Positions 1 to 9,995 of a DNA stretch of 64,000 bases are shown piece after piece. Origin of the DNA: Candidatus Pacearchaeota archaeon (GTDB lineage: Archaea > Nanobdellota > Nanobdellia > Pacearchaeales > UBA284); contig JAVZYK010000001.1 in the NCBI GenBank assembly GCA_038886195.1, positions 529,106 through 593,105 of the forward strand. The letters run 5' to 3'. The notes beneath the pieces were generated by a model. The model made no database searches. It had not been told where the DNA came from and was given only the letters and a program-made list of their open reading frames with translations. A program made the translations under genes and the position numbers. Each line of letters begins with the position of its first letter. Position 1 is the stretch's first letter.

Positions 1-274
1 CAGCTTCAGCTTCTATTTTTCTTTTTTCCGTTTCAGAAATTTTCTTTTTTGGAAAAAATTGTTGTAATGCTCGTTCAAGATATGATGTTTTTAACTCAAT
101 GTCATTAAGTTTTTTATTCAATATTGCCAAAGCGATCCATAATTGCGCTTTTCCCTTATCAGAAGCGTGTTCAAGAGCATATCTGTGAGAAAAACTTTCG
201 AGAATTATTTTTTCAAGATAGTATTTTAATTCTTTATTAAGATAATTGCGCCAGTTATTTATGTTTTTGTTCAT
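1..274 (-). CDS. Hypothetical protein, N-terminal part only (gene runs off the window start)
   Basis: Reverse-complement reading from ATG (complement at 272..274) gives MNKNINNWRNYLNKELKYYLEKIILESFSHRYALEHASDKGKAQLW... with no stop before position 1. Absent from the ORF track because it is incomplete. No recognisable family. Confidence 0.35.
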   Translation of the reverse strand, partial: MNKNINNWRNYLNKELKYYLEKIILESFSHRYALEHASDKGKAQLWIALAILNKKLNDIELKTSYLERALQQFFPKKKISETEKRKIEAEA

Positions 275-376
275 CTTTATAGCAAATTTTTTAATATTTG
301 TAGATATATAAAATTTTCGTTTGATGTAATGATAGAGTGATAAAATTATAAAAACTAAAAAATTTAAAAATATATT

Positions 377-1009
377 TTGTTTTTTGTTTTAATGAAGACA
401 AAAAAAGGAGATTTTATAGAACTGGACTTTAGTGCTTACGTTAATGGTTCTCTTTTTGATACTACTAGAAAAGAAGATGCTGAGAAAATGGGTTTAGATC
501 CCAAAAAAGTAGAGCCAGTAGTCGTTTGTATAGGGGAAGGCATGATTTTAAAAGGTCTTGATAATGAACTCGAAAACAAAGAGGTAGGAAAAGATTATGA
601 AATTGTATTGAAACCAGAAGCTGCTTTTGGTAAGAGAGATGCCAAATTAATAAAACCAGTTCCACTAAGCGCTTTTAAAGAAAGACCTTATGTTGGTATG
701 TTTGTTAATGTCGATGGTTTTGTAGCTAAAGTAGTTTCTATTGCAGGAGGAAGAGTGTTGATTGATTTAAATAATCCTCTTGCTGGAAAAGAAATTACCT
801 ACAAATTTAAAATAAATTCTATTATTGAAGAAAATGATAAAAAAATTAAAGCAATAGCAAAGATGTTTGATATAGGTATAGAAAAAATAGAAGAAAATAA
901 AATCTATATTAAAGATTTAAAAAAACTAAGAAAAGAAATTTTAGATTTGTTTAGAAAAAAGATTAAAGATCTTGCAGGGTTAGAAATCGAATTAATAAAT
1001 GTTGAATAA
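377..1009 (+). CDS. FKBP-type peptidyl-prolyl cis-trans isomerase (long archaeal SlyD/FKBP type with C-terminal extension)
   Basis: N-terminal 'GDFIELDFSAYVNGSLFDTTR' and 'YVGMFVNVDGFVAKVVSIAGGRVLIDLNNPLAGKEITYKFKI' match FKBP-domain beta-strand signatures with an IF-type insertion. The true start may be the internal Met (MKTKKGD, nt 392). Confidence 0.7.
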   Translation: MFFVLMKTKKGDFIELDFSAYVNGSLFDTTRKEDAEKMGLDPKKVEPVVVCIGEGMILKGLDNELENKEVGKDYEIVLKPEAAFGKRDAKLIKPVPLSAFKERPYVGMFVNVDGFVAKVVSIAGGRVLIDLNNPLAGKEITYKFKINSIIEENDKKIKAIAKMFDIGIEKIEENKIYIKDLKKLRKEILDLFRKKIKDLAGLEIELINVE

Positions 1010-1035
1010 AAAAATACTAAAATTTATATATGCTG

Positions 1036-1045
1036 TTTTTATAAT
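1036..1045 (+). promoter_or_regulatory. Putative archaeal TATA box for ftsZ (leaderless-type spacing)
   Basis: 'TTTTTATAAT' is centred ~27 nt upstream of the ftsZ ATG at 1067, as expected for an archaeal TATA box with a TSS at or near the start codon. This is weak evidence in such an AT-rich genome. Confidence 0.25.
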
Positions 1046-1066
1046 TTATTTTAAATATTAAATAAA

Positions 1067-2152
1067 ATGGCTGAACTTTATCATTTAAGAGAGGAAGCAA
1101 CTAGCGAGATTGATAAAGAATTAGAAGAAATAATAGCTAAGCAGAAGGCAGCCATTAAAGTTTTTGGTTGTGGAGGCGGCGGCAACAATACATTGACAAG
1201 GATGCGCGAAATAGGAATTAAAGGCGCAGAACTCATTGCTGTAAATACAGATGCTCAAGATTTATTATATACTGCTGCAGATTATAAGATTCTTATTGGT
1301 AAAGAATTGACCCATGGCCTTGGCGCAGGAAGCAATCCCCAAATAGGTGAAGAAGCGGCTAGAGAGTCAGAACATGAGATTAAACAAAAGCTGCAAGGTG
1401 CGGATATGGTTTTCATTACTTGCGGTTTGGGAGGAGGCACAGGTACTGGAGCTGCCCCTGTTGTAGCAGAATTGGCAAAAAAAATGGGAGCATTGACTAT
1501 AGGTGTTGTTACTTTGCCATTCACAATAGAAGGACAAAGACGCTATGAAAACGCAATGTTGGGATTGGAGAAATTAGAAAATGTAGTTGATACTTTAATA
1601 GTTATTCCCAATGATAAGTTGTTAGAATTGGCTCCTGATTTGCCTTTACATACTGCTTTTAAAGTTGCTGATGAAATTCTTACAAACTCTGTTAAAGGAA
1701 TTACTGAACTGATTACAAAAGCAGGTTTAGTTAATCTTGATTTTGCAGATATTAAGGCAGTTATGAGTAATGGAGGAGTGGCAATGATAGGTGTTGGGGA
1801 AAGCGATTCACAAAATAGAGCTATAGAAGCGGTTGAAAAGGCTATTGAAAATCCTTTACTTGATGTTGATATTGAAAATGCGAGTGGAGCCCTAATTAAT
1901 ATTGTTGGAGGTTTAGATTTGACACTTGAAGAAGCAAAGAAAGTTATAGAAACTGTTGGTAACAGGATAAATCCTAATGCAAAGATGATTTGGGGAGCTC
2001 AATTAAGCGAAGATATGGATAAGACTTTAAGAGTTTTGCTGATTGTTACAGGAGTGAAATCACCACAAATATTAGGGCCTGGCGAAAGACGCGCTGATAA
2101 AGAACTTAGACAAATAGGTGAAGAGCTTGGAATAGATTTTGTTAATGAGTAA
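1067..2152 (+). CDS. ftsZ: Cell division GTPase FtsZ
   Basis: Tubulin/FtsZ glycine-rich GTP-binding motifs 'GCGGGGNN' and '[16 protein letters not shown]', plus the T7 region 'LIVIPND'. 361 aa. Confidence 0.95.
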   Translation: MAELYHLREEATSEIDKELEEIIAKQKAAIKVFGCGGGGNNTLTRMREIGIKGAELIAVNTDAQDLLYTAADYKILIGKELTHGLGAGSNPQIGEEAARESEHEIKQKLQGADMVFITCGLGGGTGTGAAPVVAELAKKMGALTIGVVTLPFTIEGQRRYENAMLGLEKLENVVDTLIVIPNDKLLELAPDLPLHTAFKVADEILTNSVKGITELITKAGLVNLDFADIKAVMSNGGVAMIGVGESDSQNRAIEAVEKAIENPLLDVDIENASGALINIVGGLDLTLEEAKKVIETVGNRINPNAKMIWGAQLSEDMDKTLRVLLIVTGVKSPQILGPGERRADKELRQIGEELGIDFVNE

Positions 2153-2190
2153 TGATAAGATTTTTAAGCTTTTTATTTCTTTAGTTTGTT

Positions 2191-2388
2191 ATGGAAGAGG
2201 AAATTAAAAAAAATATTTTTCATAAAAGCAAAGATTTTTTTAATAAATGTGTTAGGGTTTTAAAAGTGGCTAGAAAACCTACAGTTGAAGAAGTAAAACA
2301 AGTTTCTAAAGTTTCAGCTTTAGGAATTTTGATTATAGGAATTATAGGCTTTATAATAGGTCTAATTTATGTTTTGCTTTTTAGTTAA
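2191..2388 (+). CDS. secE: Protein translocase subunit SecE / Sec61-gamma
   Basis: 65 aa: basic N-terminus, single C-terminal TM helix 'ALGILIIGIIGFIIGLIYVLLF'. It sits between ftsZ and spt5/nusG, the conserved archaeal secE–nusG arrangement. Confidence 0.6.
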   Translation: MEEEIKKNIFHKSKDFFNKCVRVLKVARKPTVEEVKQVSKVSALGILIIGIIGFIIGLIYVLLFS

Positions 2389-2397
2389 ATCTCAAAA

Positions 2398-2715
2398 ATG
2401 AAAATAAAAATTTTGGCGATTTTATTTTTATTATTAGTTACAACTTTATTAGTTTCGAGTTGTGGAGTTGTTAGTTTAAAGGAGCTTAAAGAAAATCCCG
2501 AAAAATATATAGGTAAAGAGATATATGTGAGGGGAATAGTTAAAAATACGGTAAAGATAGGCAGTTTGTCAGGATTTAGTTTAACTGAAGGAAATTATAG
2601 CATCATTGTTAGGAGTGATGAACTTCCCGCAGAAGGCAAAAAAGTTACGGTTCAAGGAACAGTTATGAAAGAAATGTTGATAGGCCATTATATTTACGCT
2701 AAAAAAATTTATTAA
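2398..2715 (+). CDS. Small secreted/lipoprotein-like protein, unknown function
   Basis: Signal peptide 'MKIKILAILFLLLVTTLLVSSCG' with Cys at the predicted cleavage site; short beta-rich body. Confidence 0.4.
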   Translation: MKIKILAILFLLLVTTLLVSSCGVVSLKELKENPEKYIGKEIYVRGIVKNTVKIGSLSGFSLTEGNYSIIVRSDELPAEGKKVTVQGTVMKEMLIGHYIYAKKIY

Positions 2716-2746
2716 TAGTAAAAAATTGTAAAGATTTGCAAATAAA

Positions 2747-3223
2747 ATGATATTTGTTGTTAAAGTAACTACAAATAAAGAAGATCATGCAGTGGAAATG
2801 ATTGCAGAAAGAGCTGAAAAGAAGAATTTAAATGTGTTTTCAGTTGCTAGACCTCACGGGTTGAGAGGATATATCTTGCTAGAAGCTGCAGATTTAGATT
2901 CTGCTGAACAAGCAATTCATAATTTGCCTTATGTGAAGAATTTAATTACGAAACCAATAAGTTATAAGGAGATAGAATCTATGATGCAACCAGTCGCTGC
3001 AGCAATTAACATTGAAAAGGGAGATATAGTTGAAATGTTAACAGAGCCTTTCAAAAGAGAAAAAGCCAAAGTAACAAGAGTTGACAAAACTAGAGAAGAA
3101 GTTGTTGTAGAGCTTCTCGAAGCAGCAGTGCCTATTCCAATAACTGTTAAGATAGATAATGTTAAAGTTATAAGAAGAGGAAAAACAGAAGGCGAAAGTG
3201 AAGAAGCTGAAGAAGAAAAATAA
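2747..3223 (+). CDS. spt5: Transcription elongation factor Spt5 (NusG homolog)
   Basis: NGN domain 'IFVVKVTTNKEDHAVEMIAERAE...VFSVARPHGLRGYILLEA' followed by the KOW motif 'GDIVEMLTEPFKREKAKVTRVD', plus an acidic tail. Position after secE. Confidence 0.8.
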   Translation: MIFVVKVTTNKEDHAVEMIAERAEKKNLNVFSVARPHGLRGYILLEAADLDSAEQAIHNLPYVKNLITKPISYKEIESMMQPVAAAINIEKGDIVEMLTEPFKREKAKVTRVDKTREEVVVELLEAAVPIPITVKIDNVKVIRRGKTEGESEEAEEEK

Positions 3224-3964
3224 TCATTTCTCATACAATATATAGTAAGCTAAAGTAGCTAAAACTGCAAAGATAATTGACATAAAAACTATTGCGAAGG
3301 TATTGCTAATTCTTATCAATAAAAGTAAAGCTATTGAAAAGAAAAAAGAAAAGAACCATAAGATTCTTGAACTATTAAGCAATTTGAAACCAGAACCTAT
3401 AGGAATTAATGATAAGAAGGCAAGCCAGATGCATAAGAAACTAAAATTTGTAAATGTCGGGCTAATGATTTTCGTTATTATTCCTAAAGCAATTACTGCT
3501 AAAGGACCAGAAATTGCTATTTTCCCTATGTCACTTTCTGTTATGTTAGGCCAACTTCTTCTTACATGAGTTGGCTTTGGTTCTGCATCAAAGTTCAATA
3601 TAGCGAGCCATTTAATGTTTACAAAAGCAAGCAATATTGGAAGAACGAGCCATGCAGGGAATTCAAAAGGCAATATTGCTTTACCATGTTCTGATAATGG
3701 TTGAAACCAATATCTACGGAAGCTTATTAGTTTTGTTCTTGTAGTGCAATCTAAAAAATAAGCAGTAAGTTTTTGAGCCCCTATGAAAACAACAAATAAT
3801 GAAAGGCAAATAAAAAAACTATAAAGTATGTTTATAGGTTCAATACTAATTATAGGCCATTTAAATTGTATTGCTAAAATTATTCCTAAGAATAAAGAAG
3901 CTACTATTAATATAACAACTTCATTGAGCCATTCTTTTTCTTGAAGTTTATTAATAAATGACAT
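3224..3964 (-). CDS. Polytopic membrane protein, unknown function
   Basis: 246 aa with about 6 hydrophobic helices; no protease or transporter motif recognised. Confidence 0.35.
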   Translation of the reverse strand: MSFINKLQEKEWLNEVVILIVASLFLGIILAIQFKWPIISIEPINILYSFFICLSLFVVFIGAQKLTAYFLDCTTRTKLISFRRYWFQPLSEHGKAILPFEFPAWLVLPILLAFVNIKWLAILNFDAEPKPTHVRRSWPNITESDIGKIAISGPLAVIALGIITKIISPTFTNFSFLCIWLAFLSLIPIGSGFKLLNSSRILWFFSFFFSIALLLLIRISNTFAIVFMSIIFAVLATLAYYILYEK

Positions 3965-4048
3965 ATTTTAATAAAGCTTTAGTATTTTATTTATTTTTCG
4001 TTTCTTTAATAATTATTTTGAAGATTAGAATTCAAAAATTCGATTTTT

Positions 4049-6340
4049 TTATATTTTTTTTCTCTTTATTTCATGTTCTAGCCAGGTTTGCCATTCTTTG
4101 AAAACGCGTTTGCCTTCTGGTAAACCTATTTCTTGCCTTACTTTGTCGCTAATTTCATGAAAAGCATTGTTGCTTTTAACTACAAAAGGAGCTTCTAGTA
4201 ATTCTGGCATTTTCAATTTGATGCTTGTTTCTACAAGCAATTGTTTGATTTTCGCTCTCAATAATATATTATCCCAAACAGCATCCCACGAACCAGCCCA
4301 ACCTTTGACTTGGCCTGCAATTTCTTTAAGAACTTCTGATTCTCCATTAATTAAATCATCTGTAGCAACAAGCTCATCTTTTGTAACATCATATTTTAAA
4401 AGATCTACAAAACCATGCTCTGTTGAAGGATCTATAGACCAATGTTTTCTTACTTCTGTAAGCTGTAACATACGACGCCATCTATGTAAGCCATCAGGAC
4501 TTTTTATAGGGTTTACTATAATTATGATGTCTGTTGCCTTAAAGCTTGTTGGGGGAACTTTTAAATCATTAACAACTCTGTCAAATACGCCATAAGGAGA
4601 AGCTCCATGAATTGTTCCTGCTACAACATTGGCCAATGCTCCAACTCTCATAGCTTCATAAAGGCTTAGAGCTTCTTCGCTTCTGACTTCACCAACTATC
4701 AAAGCAGAGTCTCCAAGTCTTAAACTTGTTCTTATTCCTTCTGCTGCGCTTAGCTCTGTAGATTCTTTTGTTAAAGCTTCTCTAACTTTCATTCTTAAGA
4801 TGTCATAATTCAACTCTCGCATCGAATCTACAGGCAATTCTAAAGTTCCTTCACAAACTATAATTCTGTAACGAGGCATAATTTCAAGCATGCAAGCCTG
4901 AAGCATTGAGGTTTTACCAGAACTTCTAGTTCCTGCTATTAACATTGTTCTTGAGCCATCTATTAAGAAAGATAGCAAGCCAGCTGCAAGAGGATTTAAC
5001 ATTCTGTTTTTAATATAAAGAGGTAAAGTCCATGGTTTTTCTCTATGCCTTCTAAATGCATAAGCCAAACCATAGGGCGACAAAGGTTGCTGAATTATTG
5101 CAACTCTCGCTCTTGCAGTTCCTATAACAAGTTCTGTATCAAGAACTGGATTGGCTTCATCAAGAGGCCTGCCAGACATCATTCTAAATTTGGCAGCCCA
5201 TGATTCGGCATCTTCATGTGATGGAATGATGTTTGTATCACATTCATCAAAATCTTGATGTCTAACAAATATTGGTACAGAACCTATGGGAGCATTTATA
5301 ACAATATCTTGAAGTTTTTCATCTTGCATTAACACTTCTATTAATCCAAAACCAATTGTATGTCTTACAAGTATAGTGGCCAATTTATTTAGTTGTCTAT
5401 AGCTAAGATTGATTTTTTTCGTTTCACTTAGTTCTTGTAATAAGTCGCGAGAAATATTAAAAAAAACCTGTCTTATGCGTGCAGGATCGGTAAATTCTTC
5501 TGCTTTTGGTTTATGTTCTAACAAAACATTTCTTGCTATATTTATTAGAGTTTGCAAATCTTCATTCAAGGTGAATTCAGGAGCCATAAGGTGATATAGA
5601 TATTTAGTGGAATTGGGAACTTTCAAGATAGTTACAGTGCTTTTATCATGTTCTGGTCCTATTTCATATTCATCAATAATTTCTGCTTCAGATGGCATTG
5701 AAGCCATTAGTCTTGTGAATGTAAAGTTCGGAACAATTTCGGGCCTGAAAAGTTCAGCATATAAGCTTCTATCTCCTAATTTATAGCCCAGTAGCTTGTC
5801 GGAAACCTGTTTTATTAAAGTGAGGTTGCTTAACATATTTACTATTTTTGTTAAAAGCCGAATATAATGATTTTCACAAGCAAGTTCTGTTGCTGAAGCT
5901 TTTTTTGCGGCAATTCTTTCTTCTCTTAACAATCTTTTAGCTTCTACATAACATCCTATAGGATCTTGTTTTAAAAGAGTTAAAATAAGATAACGCATGG
6001 TATCATAGCGTTGGGCTAAGTGCATTTTGCATTTATAAGGCTCAAGAGTAGTGGTAGAAAGAACTTTTTCTTGTTTGAGAAGATGGACGTAAAGTTGTGC
6101 TATTTCGTTTAGAAGGAAAACTTGTCTAGAATCATAGCTATAATTTCTTTGTTGTACAAAAACTATTCTTGTAACGCTTGGAGCTTCTATAAGATAGTCT
6201 ATTGTTCGAGCCATCACCACTGGCAAATCTGCTATACTTGGAACATAGGGAGCGCCCAAATAATTGACATACATCACATCTTGTCCGGCTTCTCGAACAA
6301 CTTCATAAGCATAAAGTTTTGTACTTTCTTTAAAAATCAT
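4049..6340 (-). CDS. Type II/IV secretion-family ATPase (GspE/FlaI/PilB-like; pilus assembly ATPase)
   Basis: Walker A 'AGTRSSGKTS', Walker B/Asp box 'GDSALIVGEVRSEEA', His box 'NVVAGTIHGASPYGVFDRV'. 763 aa with a long N-terminal domain. Confidence 0.85.
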   Translation of the reverse strand: MIFKESTKLYAYEVVREAGQDVMYVNYLGAPYVPSIADLPVVMARTIDYLIEAPSVTRIVFVQQRNYSYDSRQVFLLNEIAQLYVHLLKQEKVLSTTTLEPYKCKMHLAQRYDTMRYLILTLLKQDPIGCYVEAKRLLREERIAAKKASATELACENHYIRLLTKIVNMLSNLTLIKQVSDKLLGYKLGDRSLYAELFRPEIVPNFTFTRLMASMPSEAEIIDEYEIGPEHDKSTVTILKVPNSTKYLYHLMAPEFTLNEDLQTLINIARNVLLEHKPKAEEFTDPARIRQVFFNISRDLLQELSETKKINLSYRQLNKLATILVRHTIGFGLIEVLMQDEKLQDIVINAPIGSVPIFVRHQDFDECDTNIIPSHEDAESWAAKFRMMSGRPLDEANPVLDTELVIGTARARVAIIQQPLSPYGLAYAFRRHREKPWTLPLYIKNRMLNPLAAGLLSFLIDGSRTMLIAGTRSSGKTSMLQACMLEIMPRYRIIVCEGTLELPVDSMRELNYDILRMKVREALTKESTELSAAEGIRTSLRLGDSALIVGEVRSEEALSLYEAMRVGALANVVAGTIHGASPYGVFDRVVNDLKVPPTSFKATDIIIIVNPIKSPDGLHRWRRMLQLTEVRKHWSIDPSTEHGFVDLLKYDVTKDELVATDDLINGESEVLKEIAGQVKGWAGSWDAVWDNILLRAKIKQLLVETSIKLKMPELLEAPFVVKSNNAFHEISDKVRQEIGLPEGKRVFKEWQTWLEHEIKRKKI

Positions 6341-6481
6341 TTTTATTTTTCCTCTTTTTGGAATTATATTATTAATTATACTGCCTAAATGTTTTTAATT
6401 TTTATGTTTTTGGGATAAATATTTAAATCAAAATTTCTTTTTTATTGTAATTGAAGAAAGATAATAAAAGGGTGAGTAAAA

Positions 6482-6877
6482 ATGGATGAACAAAGCTTGG
6501 GAGCCGTTTCTGCACTACTTTCAGATTTTAGTACTAGAATGAATGATTTAGAAGAAAATATGAGACTACTTAAAGAAAGAATGTTTGTACTGAGTCAAAC
6601 TGTTTTGAAACAGAATGAAAGACTGAATAAAGAAATCGCCATAATAAAGGATGATATTCAAAATTTAAGAAATGAAATAGAAAGAATTAAAGACGCTGTA
6701 GATCATATAGTTAGAGAAAGTGCCGAACTTGCTAGAAAAGAAGAAGTGCGTGTTCTTGAGCGTTACATCAAAATGTTCGAACCAATGAAATTTGCTACAG
6801 AAGATGATGTCAAAAGAATCGTTAAGAAAATGTTAAGCGAAAAGGAAGAAAGCATTATAAAAGTTGAAGAAGAATAA
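6482..6877 (+). CDS. Coiled-coil protein, unknown function
   Basis: 131 aa of heptad-repeat sequence rich in E/K/R/L. Confidence 0.4.
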   Translation: MDEQSLGAVSALLSDFSTRMNDLEENMRLLKERMFVLSQTVLKQNERLNKEIAIIKDDIQNLRNEIERIKDAVDHIVRESAELARKEEVRVLERYIKMFEPMKFATEDDVKRIVKKMLSEKEESIIKVEEE

Positions 6878-6937
6878 AGAGATAAAAACTAAGTAAAGTA
6901 AAGAACTGCAAAGAAAAGTAAAAATTAAAATAATAAA

Positions 6938-7792
6938 ATGCCAAAAAAAGTTCCTGTAGATGTTGTTTTGAAATTAACTAAGCAAGGTTATAATGATGCA
7001 GAGATTATAAAATATCTTAGAAGCGAAGGTTATAGTGCTACACAAATTAATGACGCTATAAATCAAGCGAAAATTAAAATCGAACTAGCAAAAACTGCCG
7101 GTATAGAGCCGGAAGAAACAATTGGAGTGGAAGAAAGTTATCCTGAAGAGTATGTAGAAGAAGAAATGCCTGAAGAAGAAATGCAACCTTCTATAATGGA
7201 AGAAGAATACGTATCTGAAGAAGCTCCTAGTGCCTATCCAGAATATGCGCCAGAATATTCAGAAACAGAAGGCGAATACGTATCAACTCCCGGCGGAGAA
7301 GTTCCTTCTGGCACAGTTCCAGAAGGAACCGAAGCTTATCCAGCTTATTATTATCAGCCAGCAAGTGCTGCTTCAGCTTCTACAGAAGCAGTTGAAGAAC
7401 TTGTTGAAGAAATTATTAATGAAAAGTGGGAAGAGTTTAAAACAAAGGTAGGAGATATTTCTGAATTTAAAAATTATATAGAAGCAAGATTTAAGAATAT
7501 TGAAGATAGAATGAAAAGATTGGAATTGTCATTTGATAAAGTTCAGATGAATGTTACAACACAGACACAACAATCGATAAGAGATGTTAAAACTTTAGAA
7601 TCAGAATTCGAAGCTTTACAACAAGTTTTTAGTAAGATAATGCAGCCATTAATGAACTCTATAAAAGAACTCAAAGATTTAGTAGAAGAAATAAAAGAAG
7701 TGAAAGAAAAGAAACCTGAAAAGATTAAAGCTAAGAAAGAAAAAATAAAAAGCACTATAGAAAAATTAGAAAAAATTAATTCTAAAAAATAA
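6938..7792 (+). CDS. Acidic coiled-coil protein with a small N-terminal helical domain, unknown function
   Basis: N-terminal domain 'VDVVLKLTKQGYNDAEIIKYLRSEGYSATQINDAI', an E/Y/P-rich acidic low-complexity linker, and a C-terminal coiled coil similar in character to the product of 6482..6877. Confidence 0.4.
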   Translation: MPKKVPVDVVLKLTKQGYNDAEIIKYLRSEGYSATQINDAINQAKIKIELAKTAGIEPEETIGVEESYPEEYVEEEMPEEEMQPSIMEEEYVSEEAPSAYPEYAPEYSETEGEYVSTPGGEVPSGTVPEGTEAYPAYYYQPASAASASTEAVEELVEEIINEKWEEFKTKVGDISEFKNYIEARFKNIEDRMKRLELSFDKVQMNVTTQTQQSIRDVKTLESEFEALQQVFSKIMQPLMNSIKELKDLVEEIKEVKEKKPEKIKAKKEKIKSTIEKLEKINSKK

Positions 7793-8962
7793 TTATTCTT
7801 CGCTCAACATTTTTTCTAAAAGTATTGTTCTATCCTTCGAAGTTACAGGTTCATTTAAAGCTTCTATTTTTTCTATAAACGAAGACATTCCATCACCTAC
7901 ACCAACTCTTCTTTTGTTGCACTCAAGAAGGCAGTCACACCATTTACAATGGAAACCATAAAAAGGAGTAAAATTGCCTTCTTTTATATCTCTATCCACT
8001 GTTCTTATTAGCTGATATAAATACTCATAATCTTTATCGCTCCTTTTTGTTTCAAAAGTATTTCCAGAACGAAGATGATAAAGTAGTAATCTACTTTCAT
8101 CAGGCAAGTTTAATGATTTTGATTTTTTCCACTCTCTATAAACTTTACTATATTGTGTAAATTGCGGATGATGATGTAACACAAATTCTATTTCAGGGCT
8201 AAAATCTGGAGAATCTTTTCCAGTTTTATAATCTACAATCTCTATATCACCTTCTGAATTTTTTTGAATTTTATCGAATTTTGCAACTAGTTTATAACCT
8301 TCAAATTTTTCAACAACTCTTTTTTCATGAAATAAAACATTGGCTTTTTTGTTTATATTTTCATCATAATATTTTGATAGAATTTTCATTGCTAATAGGC
8401 CGTAAAGTTTAGCTTCATTTTCAATTCTTAAACCAACTTCTGCGAAAGCGAGAGCTTGCTCAAGCGATATATTTATTCCATATTCTTTAAACTGTTTTGC
8501 TTGGAATTCTGCATTAAAATATTTTTTATCAAAAAAATTTGAATTAATGTTATAATAATTGTAATTATTCTGAGTTATTAATTTTATTCCTTTTTCAGCA
8601 AAAATTTTTGCTTGGCCATCTGTTATTTTAATTCCATATTTTTCGAACATAAATTTTTGTCTTATGGGATTGCTCCACGCTATTCTTATTTTTTGTTTAA
8701 ATTTTCCTTCCACACTGCCAAACCAATAAAACCAAGCCCAATTTAGAAAAGAACGTTTTGATTTGAAATTTTTTTTATGAAATTGGTCAAGAATATAATG
8801 AATTTGCTGTCCGAAAAATGCTGCAGGGGTTGCCGGAACTTTTATTCTTTCGATATATTTTATTTCATAAGCTAAAGGGCAACCTCTATAAGTAGTTAAT
8901 TTTGTTGCGCTTACTATACCAATTCCTTTAGTATAATCTCCCTTTATAATTATAGAAGGCAT
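7793..8962 (-). CDS. PD-(D/E)XK family nuclease with Cas4/RecB-like Fe-S cysteine cluster
   Basis: N-terminal Cys ('YRGCPLAYE'), a core 'EGDIEIVDYKTGK' (D...E.K nuclease motif) and C-terminal 'FHCKWCDCLLEC', as in Cas4/AddB-type nuclease domains. No CRISPR array or other cas genes nearby. Confidence 0.6.
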   Translation of the reverse strand: MPSIIIKGDYTKGIGIVSATKLTTYRGCPLAYEIKYIERIKVPATPAAFFGQQIHYILDQFHKKNFKSKRSFLNWAWFYWFGSVEGKFKQKIRIAWSNPIRQKFMFEKYGIKITDGQAKIFAEKGIKLITQNNYNYYNINSNFFDKKYFNAEFQAKQFKEYGINISLEQALAFAEVGLRIENEAKLYGLLAMKILSKYYDENINKKANVLFHEKRVVEKFEGYKLVAKFDKIQKNSEGDIEIVDYKTGKDSPDFSPEIEFVLHHHPQFTQYSKVYREWKKSKSLNLPDESRLLLYHLRSGNTFETKRSDKDYEYLYQLIRTVDRDIKEGNFTPFYGFHCKWCDCLLECNKRRVGVGDGMSSFIEKIEALNEPVTSKDRTILLEKMLSEE

Positions 8963-8964
8963 TT

Positions 8965-9936
8965 TTATTCTTCTCCATCTTCTATACCTCTAGGTGTAAT
9001 AAAGAAAATAGTTTCGGCTTCAGGCAAATTTGGCGAATCTATCATTTTGGCAATTCTAGAATCTTTTTTACCTTTTCTTAAATATATTCTATATGTTGAT
9101 CCATGAGCTACTATGTGACCTCCTATTGGCGTAGTTGGATCTCCGAACATAATTGCAGGATTTGCCATGACTTGATTTGTTATATAAACAGCAATATTGT
9201 ATGCTTGAGCGATTCTCATCAAATCGTGCATATGTTTATTTATTTTTTGTTGTCTGTCGGCCAGCATACCACGTCCAACAAATTCAGCTCGAAAATGAGC
9301 CATTAGCGAATCAACGATAATTAACTTTATTGGTTCTCCATTTTTTATTAAATCTTTAATTTTTTCGACAAGCAGTATTTGATGGTCAGCATTAAATGCT
9401 CTTGCTACAAAAATGTTTTTTAAAGCAGTTTCAGGATCAAGACCTTTAAATTGAGCGATTTGTTTTATTCTTTCAGGCCTAAAAGTTGATTCCGTATCTA
9501 TCCATGCTGCTTTGCCATCCGCTCCTCCTTGCTCTTTTGGTAATTGTACATTTACTGCAAGGCAATGAGCTAATTGCGTTTTGCCGCAACCAAATGCGCC
9601 AGCAGCTTCTGTTATTGCGCCAGCTTCAATACCACCTCCAAGCAATAAGTCAAGATTTTTACTTCCAGTTGTTATTTTAAAAATTTTTTCTCTTTTTTTT
9701 GAAAATTCATCAGCACTTTCAAATTCAAGATGCAACATCTTACGAGCTGCAGCTATCGCCTTTCTTGCAGCGGTTTCACTCAAATCTGTAACAGTACTTA
9801 AATCAGCAGGAGTCATTACAGCTATAGCCATTAAATCGCCATAACCAGCTTCTTCTAATTTAGCAGCAGTTGTAGGTCCTATTCCTGGCAAGTCAGTTAA
9901 TTTTAATTCAGCAGCATCTTTCTTTTCCTTAGCCAT
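8965..9936 (-). CDS. radA: DNA repair and recombination protein RadA
   Basis: N-terminal HhH '[20 protein letters not shown]', Walker A '[12 protein letters not shown]', and RecA-fold motifs '[15 protein letters not shown]' and 'AVYITNQV'. 323 aa. Confidence 0.95.
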   Translation of the reverse strand: MAKEKKDAAELKLTDLPGIGPTTAAKLEEAGYGDLMAIAVMTPADLSTVTDLSETAARKAIAAARKMLHLEFESADEFSKKREKIFKITTGSKNLDLLLGGGIEAGAITEAAGAFGCGKTQLAHCLAVNVQLPKEQGGADGKAAWIDTESTFRPERIKQIAQFKGLDPETALKNIFVARAFNADHQILLVEKIKDLIKNGEPIKLIIVDSLMAHFRAEFVGRGMLADRQQKINKHMHDLMRIAQAYNIAVYITNQVMANPAIMFGDPTTPIGGHIVAHGSTYRIYLRKGKKDSRIAKMIDSPNLPEAETIFFITPRGIEDGEE

Positions 9937-9995
9937 TATAAATTAAGAGAGTTTAGTTTTATAAAGATTATTCTGGCGTGAAATATATTTAGAAT

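Noticed and set aside
465-665. Short antisense or alternative-frame ORFs inside well-supported genes. Examples: 465..665, 1282..1524, 2962..3234, 3303..3569, 4167..4595, 5409..5594, 6122..6388, 7230..7451, 7543..7755, 9103..9844, 10084..10968, 40192..43837 and 53121..54503.
   Set aside because: Each lies wholly within a longer ORF that has clear homology-type motifs on the other strand or frame. Their low-complexity, hydrophobic or Ser/Phe-rich translations are typical of AT-rich shadow ORFs.
7793-8962. Possibility of a CRISPR-Cas locus because of the Cas4-like nuclease.
   Set aside because: No direct-repeat array and no cas1/cas2 or effector genes anywhere in the window. The neighbours are recombination genes.
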